A stretch of DNA of 64,000 nt. Source: Rubripirellula sp. GTDB taxonomy: Bacteria > Planctomycetota > Planctomycetia > Pirellulales > Pirellulaceae. The notes beneath the pieces were generated by a model. That model was not told the origin of the DNA, searched no databases, and worked only from the letters and a program-made list of their open reading frames with translations. Shown here one piece after another: positions 11,131-19,469 of the stretch (position 1 is its first letter; every line of letters starts with the position of its first letter). The translations under genes and the position numbers were made by a program. The stretch is taken from NCBI GenBank assembly GCA_965216875.1, contig OZ244207.1, forward strand, positions 224,001 to 288,000, read 5' to 3'.

Positions 11131-12126
11131 ATGCACCGTGTTTTTCTCTTTGCCGTAACGTTCATCAGTTTGATCCCTTTCGTCGATGCTGCGGGGCCGG
11201 CGATTACTGACCCCGCAAAGACTGGAATCGATTTTCAGATCCAGGGGGAATACTCCGGCGAGCTGCAATCGGATGAGGGCAAGGGTAACTTTGGCGTGCA
11301 GGTGATCGCTCAGGGAAACGGCAAGTTCAAAGCGGTCGCCTATCGTGGTGGACTTCCCGGCGACGGTTGGGATGGCAAAGACCCGCTGCGCATTGACGGA
11401 GAGTTTGCACTGCAAGAGGACGGCACGCTCGTGATTCAAGGCGAGCACGGGACGGGAACGATCGACAGCGGAGTTCTGTCGATCGATCTCGGGGACGACG
11501 GCACAGTCAACGGCAAGCTCAAGCGAGTCGTTCGCAAGAGTCCGACGCTAGGCAAGGCGCCGCCCGAAGGGGCTGTAGTGCTCTATGCGGACAAAGCGGA
11601 CGCGGCGAAGTGGAAGGGTGGCAAAGCCGATGAGGACGGGCACCTAATGCAAGGCGTCACCAGTAAAGAGACGTTCGGCAGTCACCAGTTGCACGTTGAA
11701 TTCCGCTTGCCGTACATGCCCGAAGCGCGCGGACAAGGTCGCGGCAACAGTGGCTGCTACGTGCAAGGAAAGTACGAAGTGCAGATGCTCGACTCGTTCG
11801 GACTCGAAGGCAAGATGAACGAGTGCGGCGGAATCTATTCGGTCAGCGGCGTCGCAACCAACATGTGTTTTCCGCCACTGTCATGGCAAACCTACGACAT
11901 TGACTACACTGCAGCGAAATACGACGGTGACAAGCGGGTTGCCAATCCTCGTATCACGGTGCGGCACAACGGCATCGTGATTCATGATGACATCGAACTT
12001 CCAGGCGAACGAAACACAACAGCAGCGCCGCAGCCAGCTGGCCCTGAACCAGGCCCCGTGTACTTGCAGAATCATGGCAACCCCGTCCGCTACCGCAACA
12101 TCTGGGTCGTCAAAAAAGACGAGTGA
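11131..12126 (+). CDS. DUF1080 (3-keto-disaccharide hydrolase family) protein
   Basis: LHVEFRLP, GNSGCYVQGKYEVQMLDS, WQTYDI, GPVYLQNHGNPVRYRNIW. Confidence 0.9.
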   Translation: MHRVFLFAVTFISLIPFVDAAGPAITDPAKTGIDFQIQGEYSGELQSDEGKGNFGVQVIAQGNGKFKAVAYRGGLPGDGWDGKDPLRIDGEFALQEDGTLVIQGEHGTGTIDSGVLSIDLGDDGTVNGKLKRVVRKSPTLGKAPPEGAVVLYADKADAAKWKGGKADEDGHLMQGVTSKETFGSHQLHVEFRLPYMPEARGQGRGNSGCYVQGKYEVQMLDSFGLEGKMNECGGIYSVSGVATNMCFPPLSWQTYDIDYTAAKYDGDKRVANPRITVRHNGIVIHDDIELPGERNTTAAPQPAGPEPGPVYLQNHGNPVRYRNIWVVKKDE

Positions 12127-12133
12127 CGTAGAC

Positions 12134-12982
12134 GTAGGCCGGATCAAGGAGCGACAGCGACACAGATCCGGCACGCTGAGCAGACGGCGCTAGCCGAGGG
12201 CCCAACGCTCAATCTTCCGCAATCGTTGTAGGCCGGATCAAGGAGCGACAGCGACACAGATCCGGCACGCTCCACCGAAGACTAAGCCAGAAGGTGGACG
12301 AGTGCCAATGAGCCGCGACCGCGTAAGCGGCCGGGCCCTGTCCACTCTTTCGTGGCCAATCTCTTTTCCCAACGTTCGCCACACTCCTGAGCCGACGGCG
12401 CTAGCCGCGGGCCCTACGCTCAATCTTCCGCAATCGTTGTAGGCCGGATCAAGGAGCGACAGCGACACAGATCCGGCACGCTCCACCGAAGACTAAACCA
12501 GAAGGTGGACGAGTGCCAATGAGCCGCGAACGCGTAAGCGGCCAGGCCCTGTCCACTCTTTCGTGGCCAATCTCTTTTCCTAACGTTCGCCACACTCCTG
12601 AGCCGACGGCGCTAGCCGCGGGCCCTGCCCTCAATCTTCCGCAATCGTTGTAGGCCGGATCAAGGAGCGACAGCGACACAGATCCGGCACGCTCCACCGA
12701 AGACTAAACCAGAAGGTGGACGAGTGCCAATGAGCCGCGACCGCGTAAGCGGCCGGGCCCTGTCCACTCTTTCGTGGCCAATCTCTTTTCCTAACGTTCG
12801 CCACACTCCTGAGCCGACGGCGCTAGCCGCGGGCCCTACGCTCAATCTTCCGCAATCGTTGTAGGCCGGATTAAGGAGCGACAGCGACACAGATCCGGCA
12901 CGCTCCACCGAAGACTAAACCAGAAGTTGGACGAGTGCCAATGAGCCGCGAATGCGTAAGCGGCCGGGCCCCATCCACTCTT
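12134..12982 (+). repeat. Tandem array of a 211-bp composite REP unit (three full units, a 94-bp internally deleted first unit, a partial last unit)
   Basis: GTAGGCCGGAT(C/T)AAGGAGCGACAGCGACACAGATCCGGCAC starts at 12134, 12228, 12439, 12650 and 12861 (211-bp period from 12228). Each full unit also carries two TGAGCCG...GGGCCC-like hairpins. Confidence 0.95.
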
Positions 12983-13094
12983 TGTGTCTTCTCGTGTTTT
13001 TCGTGGCCCATCTTCCCACAAGAACCTCAGCACCATTCGTCCAATTCGATCGATTCGTGGTTCGTCATTGTCAAAAAGCACAACAAGTTCAGCG
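12958..13094 (+). repeat. Dispersed repeat, copy 1 (AAGCGGCCGGGCCC...CACAACAAGTTCAGCG), related to 19250-19437
   Basis: Aligns by eye to 19250-19437; this copy has two internal deletions. Confidence 0.85.
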
Positions 13095-13175
13095 CGAAAA
13101 TCCTTAAACATTTCTTGTTGTGTTGTTCGTGCCCAATCATTCAACAAGAAGAGTGATCCCTGCGCGATCCAAAAT

Positions 13176-13204
13176 TTGACAACCCAAATGTCAACGGCGA
13201 GAAT
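13176..13204 (+). promoter_or_regulatory. Putative Pc-like sigma70 promoter for the cassette array
   Basis: TTGACA (13176-13181), 17 nt, GAGAAT (13199-13204). The -35 box is part of the palindrome TTGACA-N7-TGTCAA. Confidence 0.55.
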
Positions 13205-13231
13205 GCCCCCGAAGTGGTTGCCACCTAACCG

Positions 13232-13365
13232 GTGAGAATGCTGGGGCGACCAGTGAGAATACGAGGATCAACGCGCGCGTCACCAACCGTACCGAAGGTC
13301 CACTCAGTGAGAATAACCAGCACGACGTATTCTCACCTGTCCAACAGCTGATAAATAAGTTATTT
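13232..13365 (+). other. attI-like site, crossover G/TT at 13359
   Basis: GTTATTTGGA at 13359 is the reverse complement of TCCAAATAAC in the first attC. No attC hairpin lies upstream of it; instead there is an AT-rich GCTGATAAATAAGTT core and repeated GTGAGAAT boxes. Confidence 0.7.
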
Positions 13366-13377
13366 GGACTAACCTCC

Positions 13378-13990
13378 TTGCGAGTGCGCTTCTCAATCAC
13401 TGCTTTGCTCGTGTTGCCTATCGCGGCAGCATTCACGTACGCGTTGTGGTTACGCCTTGCTAATTGGGGACCGCCTGAGAGGAAGACATGCATTGCACAC
13501 GAACACTCCGTCGGACTGGTGCGGGGTTTTGATACTCAAGATTGGGGCCACCACGACGTTGAGCCGGGACAGGGCACTTATCTCACAGGGCACTTATCTC
13601 TATGTTCGAATCTACGGATTGCTGAGCACGACAACGGACAGCACTTCCTATTTGGATTTGGGACTCCAACTTCCCGCGAACGTTGAAGCCGGACAAACGT
13701 TTACCTGTACGCCAGCTAAACGCGCACGCGCAGTATCCGAAGTCGATGTTAACGGCGACTCACTATCGAAACTCACGGAAGGGGAATTCGCTATATTCGG
13801 GTATGCGTACCCGCGTACCGGTTGGTTAGTTTCAGGTTCGAAGGTGACGGCCAGAGTCGCGATCGAACGCATTTCGCGAAAACGGATGTATGCCCAAATC
13901 CAACTTGCTGGTCAATTTGCCCCCGATCTCGGTCCACTTAATATTGATCGGACATTGGTTTTTGATCGCGACCTGGCGAATTCCAAATAA
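13378..13990 (+). pseudogene. Cassette 1: membrane-anchored/secreted hypothetical protein frameshifted by a 16-bp tandem duplication
   Basis: ACAGGGCACTTATCTC is duplicated at 13569-13584 and 13585-13600. Removing one copy joins ORFs 13378..13686 and 13457..13990 into one frame. Confidence 0.85.
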
Positions 13991-14073
13991 CCAAGCCATG
14001 AACCGGAGATCGCCATAGCGCGATTGCTGATGGCAACCACATTGGGCGATCCCGGTTATGGCCAACGTTCGCC
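13985..14073 (+). repeat. attC-like site 1
   Basis: AAATAAC...CATGAACCGGAGATCGCC / GGCGATCCCGGTTATGG...GTTCGCC. Confidence 0.85.
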
Positions 14074-14098
14074 AACACAAAGCCTCAAACTGCGATTG

Positions 14099-14548
14099 AT
14101 GACCGAACATCGATTGTCGACACAAGATGTGCTCGATTTCTTCCGCGAGTTGCCTCAACACCGTGGTTGTTCGGTAGACGAACTTGACGCCGTTGAGAAT
14201 CAGCTAGCGGTATCACTACCGCAGTTATATCGCGACATGATGCTGCTTGACGCATATCGCCTCTACAACACTGAAATCTTCGTCCCTGTTTCCGAATTGC
14301 ACGAGTGGACACGGACTGCACCCGACGACTTCCATCGCGGTACGATCTGGACACTCTCTCCGAGTGACGTGATCTTTGCGGTTGCCCCCGGTGCAGAGGA
14401 CAACTACTACTTTTCCGCAGACGGGACTGACGACCCGCCGGTGTACGGCTTGTCCCTGAATACAAGCAATCCTTCGACGCCGAATGTTGTCGCTGATACA
14501 CTATCCTTCTTCACTGCTGAGATTCTCAGGTCGTCCCTGAGACTCTAG
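14099..14548 (+). CDS. Cassette 2: SMI1/KNR4 (SUKH) family immunity-type protein
   Basis: GCSVDELDAVENQLAVSLPQLYRDMM...YYF...DDPPVY. Confidence 0.8.
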   Translation: MTEHRLSTQDVLDFFRELPQHRGCSVDELDAVENQLAVSLPQLYRDMMLLDAYRLYNTEIFVPVSELHEWTRTAPDDFHRGTIWTLSPSDVIFAVAPGAEDNYYFSADGTDDPPVYGLSLNTSNPSTPNVVADTLSFFTAEILRSSLRL

Positions 14549-14560
14549 CGTTACTGAACT

Positions 14561-14653
14561 GGCGAACCATGAAATGCACGGGAGGACGGGAGTCGCGTTT
14601 TTTAGTCTGCTTGCAAGCCTTTCGCCCGTCCCCCGTGATTTCTTTCGTTCGCC
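14561..14653 (+). repeat. attC-like site 2
   Basis: GGCGAAC...ATGCACGGGAGGACGGG / CCCGTCCCCCGTGAT...GTTCGCC. Confidence 0.85.
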
Positions 14654-14659
14654 GATGCA

Positions 14660-15196
14660 ATGAACAACTCCTTTTCATTTGTCGTCGTGTTCGGATTACT
14701 CGCATTTGTGTCCGGCTGCAGCGACGCGTCGAGAACCGACGAGCAATACCTTGCTGACTGGCGGAACGCCGAATCTAAAAGCAACGTTTTGCATGAGGGT
14801 GGCACCTGGCATTTCGAATTTGTGTCTGTTCGCCTGTACCGCCACAACTGGGATAACCAATATATCGAATTTCCAATCCTATCGGCGGGGAAGCTAAGTG
14901 AAACCCGTGAACCGAAGGAAGGGATCTTGCTGAGTCCTAGTCAGGTCGACCGCCTAGAAGCAGCAGTAACCGGATCCCACGCAGACACTGGAATCGCATT
15001 GTGCCATTTTCCACATCACGGATTTGTCTTTTTCGACGCTGATGGCGTTCCTGTCGGTAGCGTGGATGTCTGTTTTCTTTGCGGAAACGTTAGGACCATG
15101 CCCGAAGGGTATGCAGAGAGTTGTGATCTGCTCTCTCTTGCTGAGTTGATACATGAAGCCGGTGTTCCACTTCGCAACCCAGAGTGGAAGCACTAG
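14660..15196 (+). CDS. Cassette 3: hypothetical lipoprotein with CxxPHH...CFxC motif
   Basis: Hydrophobic signal ending VSGC; ALCHFPHHGFVFFD...VDVCFLCGN. The ORF fills the cassette. Confidence 0.8.
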   Translation: MNNSFSFVVVFGLLAFVSGCSDASRTDEQYLADWRNAESKSNVLHEGGTWHFEFVSVRLYRHNWDNQYIEFPILSAGKLSETREPKEGILLSPSQVDRLEAAVTGSHADTGIALCHFPHHGFVFFDADGVPVGSVDVCFLCGNVRTMPEGYAESCDLLSLAELIHEAGVPLRNPEWKH

Positions 15197-15197
15197 C

Positions 15198-15287
15198 GGC
15201 GAACCATGGCGTGCACACGAAGCACGGCATAAGATGTTTACAAATGGAAACCGCATGGGCCGTCCCCGGTGACGGCTAACGTTCTGC
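15198..15287 (+). repeat. attC-like site 3
   Basis: GGCGAAC...CGTGCACACGAAGCACGGC / GCCGTCCCCGGTGACG...GTTCTGC. Confidence 0.8.
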
Positions 15288-15297
15288 CAATGGAGAT

Positions 15298-15744
15298 TTG
15301 CGTTTGACGCTGAGCCCTGAATCGAAGCGCGACCTTGCAATTGCCGCTGGGGGGATCCTCGCAACGACTTTCTTCGTTTCGTCAAACGGTAACGGACAGA
15401 ATCCGTTCACGGTTCTCCTTGGGATGCTGATTGTCTCCGCGATCGTCTCTGCCATATCTATTCTGCTGTCAAGGCTCGTGCCCACATTAACATTGGCTAT
15501 CGTTGCGAGTATTGTCATTTCGGAACTGGTTTTCCTGCTCTATTTCATGTACAGCGTAGCATCGCGTGGGCATTCAGACCCTCATCTGGCAGAAGCGTTT
15601 TTGCTCCTTCCGATCGTTTTTGCGATCGTGACTTCACCGCTCATCGCGTTGACCGCGTATGGTATAGGACGGATCGCCAATCGCTACTTTTATTCGCATG
15701 ACACAACTTCTGATCTTTCCGATCAGAAAACACCGGCGATGTGA
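15298..15744 (+). CDS. Cassette 4: small integral membrane protein (~4 TM)
   Basis: TTG start after GGAG; four hydrophobic segments; stop codon 2 nt before attC4. Confidence 0.8.
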   Translation: MRLTLSPESKRDLAIAAGGILATTFFVSSNGNGQNPFTVLLGMLIVSAIVSAISILLSRLVPTLTLAIVASIVISELVFLLYFMYSVASRGHSDPHLAEAFLLLPIVFAIVTSPLIALTAYGIGRIANRYFYSHDTTSDLSDQKTPAM

Positions 15745-15746
15745 AG

Positions 15747-15837
15747 GCAGAACAATGACATGCCCCGAAGGACGCGAGCCAAGCGGTTTGGCAATGGTGA
15801 ATCTTTCTCGCGTCCTCGGTGATGTCCGCCGTTCTGC
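15747..15837 (+). repeat. attC-like site 4
   Basis: GCAGAAC...CCGAAGGACGCGAG / CTCGCGTCCTCGG...GTTCTGC. Confidence 0.85.
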
Positions 15838-15844
15838 GACAAGA

Positions 15845-16330
15845 ATGAATCTCACTGTTGCTGCCTTCTTCCTTGCTGCAGTTGGATGCAGCAATCGTAC
15901 AACAACGACGCCCCAAGAGAACGCCTTTGATCCGGCTGCCTATAGACCCGAGATTAGACCGTTTCTACTCCAACTCGACTCATTGGTCGGAAAGTACAAC
16001 TCAGAGGCGCGCGGAATCGAACTCAGTGAGCACGGAGTCGATGGACACCTGAATGATGCTGAAGCCCGTAGATTAGCCGATTTCGCAAATGCGATTATCG
16101 ACGACTTGAACAACCGTTTTGATAGGCCTGTCGCCCGCACGATCGGTGATACTTGGTATCAAGTTCCTTCGCGATTCAACATCACGGAAGCCGAACCACA
16201 TGACGGCATTTCAAGAACGTTCACTGTTTCTCACCTCAATTGCGGCCTTCATGAGTACGATTTCGTCGTTGACGAGGGCCTGGGCATCGTTGTTGCAGAT
16301 CGCTACGACAGCCTGGGCATCAACTGGTAA
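15845..16330 (+). CDS. Cassette 5: hypothetical lipoprotein
   Basis: MNLTVAAFFLAAVGC lipobox; the ORF fills the cassette. Confidence 0.8.
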   Translation: MNLTVAAFFLAAVGCSNRTTTTPQENAFDPAAYRPEIRPFLLQLDSLVGKYNSEARGIELSEHGVDGHLNDAEARRLADFANAIIDDLNNRFDRPVARTIGDTWYQVPSRFNITEAEPHDGISRTFTVSHLNCGLHEYDFVVDEGLGIVVADRYDSLGINW

Positions 16331-16335
16331 GGTGC

Positions 16336-16426
16336 GCAGAACGATGCGAAAATACGGAGCGGCGGTGGAGCGATTGTTTCCAATGGTTGGTCAACTCCCG
16401 CCGACCGCACATCGCTACCGTTATGC
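16336..16426 (+). repeat. attC-like site 5
   Basis: GCAGAAC...CGGAGCGGCGG / CCGCCGACCG...GTTATGC. Confidence 0.8.
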
Positions 16427-16435
16427 ATCAAGACA

Positions 16436-16934
16436 ATGGAACTTCGTCCCCAACTTGAGCCTCCGAAGATCGACGAGCAGCTTGCTGCCCGACTCGCAGA
16501 GCTTGCTGCGGACATTGACGGTGCGCGACCCGGCGAATGGGACGAATGGCTGGCTGAATTCAATCAGCTCGCGAATACTTCGATTCCGTTTGAGCACTTC
16601 CAAGGAATCTACGGTGGCGAAGAACATATCGAATGGGTGCGCCGAATATTGCACGATCAACACTCAAAACCTGTTGATGACGTCACGCGTGACGAACTAA
16701 TCGAAATTGTCCGACGTGCCATGCCTCAGAACGGATATTTGGAAGCCGAGGCATACATGGCGGTACTCGACAAAAAATGTCCCGCGATCTGGGGCGTCAA
16801 ACTTGATCTTTTATCCGCCTGACTACGACGACGCCACGAACACTTGGGACGGTGGCCGCATGATGGGTGAATACGATCCCACACCAGAGCAAATCGTGGA
16901 TTGGGCGTTGCAAACTGATTCAAATGATGCATAA
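16436..16934 (+). pseudogene. Cassette 6: colicin/pyocin-immunity-like protein, frameshifted at an A6 run
   Basis: Removing one A at 16772-16777 joins 16436..16822 to 16707..16934, giving ...TRDELIEIVRRAM...LDKNVPRSGASNLIFYPPDY...DPTPEQIVDWAL, which resembles nuclease-colicin immunity proteins. Confidence 0.75.
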
Positions 16935-17019
16935 CAAAAAAATGCACCCGAGTCGCGAAGTCGGGCGTATTGACAATTGAGAATCTCTCGTCGCGACCGG
17001 GTGATCTTAGACGTTCTGT
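16929..17019 (+). repeat. attC-like site 6
   Basis: GCATAAC...ATGCACCCGAGTCGCGA / TCGCGACCGGGTGAT...GTTCTGT. Confidence 0.85.
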
Positions 17020-17022
17020 GAA

Positions 17023-17652
17023 ATGGAGTCTTCGCCCAACGTGACTGCAGGCAAAATCACAATCGCCGTTGTCGTGCTCGGCTTCGCAGTGCTTTATTGC
17101 GAATGGCTAGCGACGATTGTTCCTCCCGAGCATTGGGCATACGGCTTCTGCGTCAATTTTGTATTCCTGGCAGCGTTCACGGCCGTACTCACAACGCTTG
17201 AACTTCCAATCCTCCCAAGCTCGTACTTCACACCTAAATCATTTGAGCGCGAGGGCCGGATCTATCGCTGGACGGGCATCCAGCCATTTCTAGCTTTCTT
17301 GCGGCTTATCGGTTGGGAGCGATTTTGGCGAAAAGCAATTCCGGTCAGGACTGACGTTGCCTCGCTTCGCAAGTACTCTCAATCTACGCGCGGCTCCGAA
17401 GCAGTGCACCTGGTCGCTGCGATCTTTACAGCATTGTTTACGATGACGGTCGCAGTTCGACACTCGTTCGTAGGTACAGGATGGCTGTGGGGATTCAACG
17501 TTCTGGCGAACGCCTACCCAGTGATGCTTCAACGCTATAATCGTCCGCGGGTTGATCGACTACTTCGCCGCCTCGAACGAAAATGCGGTCAGGACAGCAC
17601 AGAACAAAGCGATCGACACGGAGCCGCCGACGGCGCTTTTACAAAAGGATGA
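17023..17652 (+). CDS. Cassette 7: membrane protein, CrtO-like (glycosyl-4,4'-diaponeurosporenoate acyltransferase family)
   Basis: IYRWTGI..F...TRGSEAVH...[14 protein letters not shown] motif. The stop codon lies inside attC7. Confidence 0.65.
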   Translation: MESSPNVTAGKITIAVVVLGFAVLYCEWLATIVPPEHWAYGFCVNFVFLAAFTAVLTTLELPILPSSYFTPKSFEREGRIYRWTGIQPFLAFLRLIGWERFWRKAIPVRTDVASLRKYSQSTRGSEAVHLVAAIFTALFTMTVAVRHSFVGTGWLWGFNVLANAYPVMLQRYNRPRVDRLLRRLERKCGQDSTEQSDRHGAADGAFTKG

Positions 17653-17688
17653 TCGATTGCGGCGGCCCGGTCATCGCAAGCGTTCTGT
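17599..17688 (+). repeat. attC-like site 7
   Basis: ACAGAAC...GATCGACACGGAGCCGCCG / CGGCGGCCCGGTCATC...GTTCTGT. Confidence 0.85.
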
Positions 17689-17701
17689 GGCTAAGACGAA
17701 C

Positions 17702-18298
17702 ATGCCGAAACAACTCCCGTCTTGGGTCATCGAACAATCTCTCAACTGGCAGCTCTTCGAATGTTGCGGTGACCAAGACCTGTTTCCGTTTCGCTGTCAC
17801 CAATGCCAACACATTTACGTGCTCTGCTACGAGTGCGACACCCTATACACCGATTTGACGGATCTCTCGCAGCGCCACGCTCCTTTGTGGGACAACTATT
17901 CCTGCACAAATTGCCCCGCCAACTTCGACGACGACTTCATGCGTTCGCCACGGCATCGCATTCCATACACCGACTGGAACAACGCAAACCTGCATCAATT
18001 GCTGGTGGATTGCCCGTTTGAAGACTTGATGCGAATGCTCACAACCTTGAGCGACCAGATTGCGGATCACCTGCGCCGCGGCATGCGCAGCACGGCTGGA
18101 CGTGCGATGACCGAATACCGAAATTTGGCCGAATCAATTATGGTTCACGTGGCGGACGCGGACGATGCCCGTGCAGATGGTTACGATTTGACGGATCCCA
18201 AGGCACTTGCAAACGCGATGGCCTGGCACGACGAACTCCCCAACAAACCAAGCCGCAACTACGCGTTGCTGGGAATCACTGACAGGCTCTTCGCGTAA
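17702..18298 (+). CDS. Cassette 8: Cys-rich putative zinc-binding protein
   Basis: ECC...CHQC...CYEC...CTNC in the N-terminal half; helical C-terminal half. Confidence 0.75.
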   Translation: MPKQLPSWVIEQSLNWQLFECCGDQDLFPFRCHQCQHIYVLCYECDTLYTDLTDLSQRHAPLWDNYSCTNCPANFDDDFMRSPRHRIPYTDWNNANLHQLLVDCPFEDLMRMLTTLSDQIADHLRRGMRSTAGRAMTEYRNLAESIMVHVADADDARADGYDLTDPKALANAMAWHDELPNKPSRNYALLGITDRLFA

Positions 18299-18308
18299 AA
18301 AAGACGCC

Positions 18309-18399
18309 ACAGAACCATGCGATGAACGGAAGTCGCGGAGTCGTCGTTTTTGACCAATGAAAATCGATCGCCGCGACTCGGTTCTCGCGTCCGTTCCGC
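18309..18399 (+). repeat. attC-like site 8
   Basis: ACAGAAC...GCGATGAACGGAAGTCGCGG / CCGCGACTCGGTTCTCGC...GTTCCGC. Confidence 0.85.
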
Positions 18400-18426
18400 T
18401 TGTTATTAGACGATCCAACTCTGCCA

Positions 18427-18711
18427 ATGTCGATGAAAGCAGCATCCACACATCTGACCGCTGGAGTTTTTCTGACTCTGCTGACGGGTTGCGCGTTGTT
18501 CAGCGAACCTAAAATGGAATTCCCGCGTGGAAGCCCCATTTCGCACGATCAGATCCCTGAGGCGTTACGACTGAAGCTTGACCTTCCACTTAATGCATCG
18601 GTGGAACGATTCGGCGATGACCCGGATACGGCGTCGTATAGGATTGAGCAGCCTAATGGCAGTGTCCGATACATCGGATCAAATGGAGAGCCTCAAGGCG
18701 GTATCATGTAG
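18427..18711 (+). CDS. Cassette 9: small lipoprotein
   Basis: MSMKAASTHLTAGVFLTLLTGC lipobox; the start could be 18433. Confidence 0.75.
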   Translation: MSMKAASTHLTAGVFLTLLTGCALFSEPKMEFPRGSPISHDQIPEALRLKLDLPLNASVERFGDDPDTASYRIEQPNGSVRYIGSNGEPQGGIM

Positions 18712-18718
18712 AGGGAAG

Positions 18719-18809
18719 GCGGAACCATGCGATGAACCGAAGTCGCGGGGTCACCGTTTTGGACAATGGAAAATCAATCGCCGCGACTCGGTTATCGCGA
18801 CCGTTCTGT
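18719..18809 (+). repeat. attC-like site 9
   Basis: GCGGAAC...GCGATGAACCGAAGTCGCGG / CCGCGACTCGGTTATCGC...GTTCTGT. Confidence 0.9.
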
Positions 18810-18836
18810 TGCAAGAGCTAATGAAACCAAACTGAC

Positions 18837-19187
18837 ATGATTCGACCCGATGACTTTGAGATTGAAATTGGCCACAACGATCGAGGCACATTCGTTCGCG
18901 TAAAACACAAGCCAACCAACAACGAACGTCTTCAGGAATCTGTACCGGAAAATGAGATTGGGCGTCGTCGCGAATCAATGATCACCGAACTCCGCGGGCT
19001 ATTGTTCGGACCCAAGGATGTCGTTTTCGACACGGGAAGATCTGTAGGCGGTGACTTCATTCGTGTTCGCCACTTGCCGACGGGAATGGAGCGTTCCGCT
19101 ATGCGTCGCGAAAGCACGCACGAAAATCTGCTGGATGCTGTGCTCGAGGACGTGTATTCGGATAGGCTCCGAGAGGATGCAACCTAA
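18837..19187 (+). CDS. Cassette 10: protein with two tandem release-factor domain-3-like repeats lacking GGQ
   Basis: Repeats IRPDDFEIEIG...FVRVKHKPT and FGPKDVVFDTGRS...FIRVRHLPTG. Confidence 0.75.
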   Translation: MIRPDDFEIEIGHNDRGTFVRVKHKPTNNERLQESVPENEIGRRRESMITELRGLLFGPKDVVFDTGRSVGGDFIRVRHLPTGMERSAMRRESTHENLLDAVLEDVYSDRLREDAT

Positions 19188-19228
19188 CTGGCGTTGCCCT
19201 TTAGCCGGCCACCGCCAACGAAGAAGCA

Positions 19229-19256
19229 ACAGAATCATGACATGAACCGAAGCGGC
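19229..19256 (+). repeat. attC-like site 10, left half only (disrupted)
   Basis: ACAGAAT-CATGA-CATGAACCGAAGCGGC, then an abrupt switch into the dispersed repeat. GCAACAGAAT pairs 9/10 with the cassette start GTTCTGTTGC. Confidence 0.7.
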
Positions 19257-19437
19257 CGGGCCCTATCCACTTTTTGTGTCTTCTTGCGTTTTTCGTGGCT
19301 CATCATCCCAAAAGAATCTCAGCACGAGTGCTCGCGCAACAGTTCGCCATTTGTCCAATTCGATCGATTCGTGGTTCGTCTTTGTCGCCTGGATGAGGCA
19401 GCCACAAGAAACACGAAAAGGCACAACAAGTTCAGCG
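19250..19437 (+). repeat. Dispersed repeat, copy 2, containing an inverted pair (TTGTGTCTTCTTGCGTTTTTCGTGGC / GCCACAAGAAACACGAAAAGGCACAA)
   Basis: Direct-repeat homology to 12958-13094. Confidence 0.85.
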
Positions 19438-19469
19438 ATTGCCGATTGCTGCCCAAGGGAGTTCCCCCG

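Noticed and set aside
12238..12908. Three near-identical 82-aa minus-strand ORFs
   Set aside because: By-products of the 211-bp tandem repeat, with no protein-like features.
12134..12982. CRISPR array
   Set aside because: The sequence between the palindromes is near-identical in each unit (no unique spacers), the period is 211 bp, and there are no cas genes.
12842..13147. intI remnant divergent from attI
   Set aside because: The translation shows no tyrosine recombinase motifs and mostly overlaps repeat DNA.
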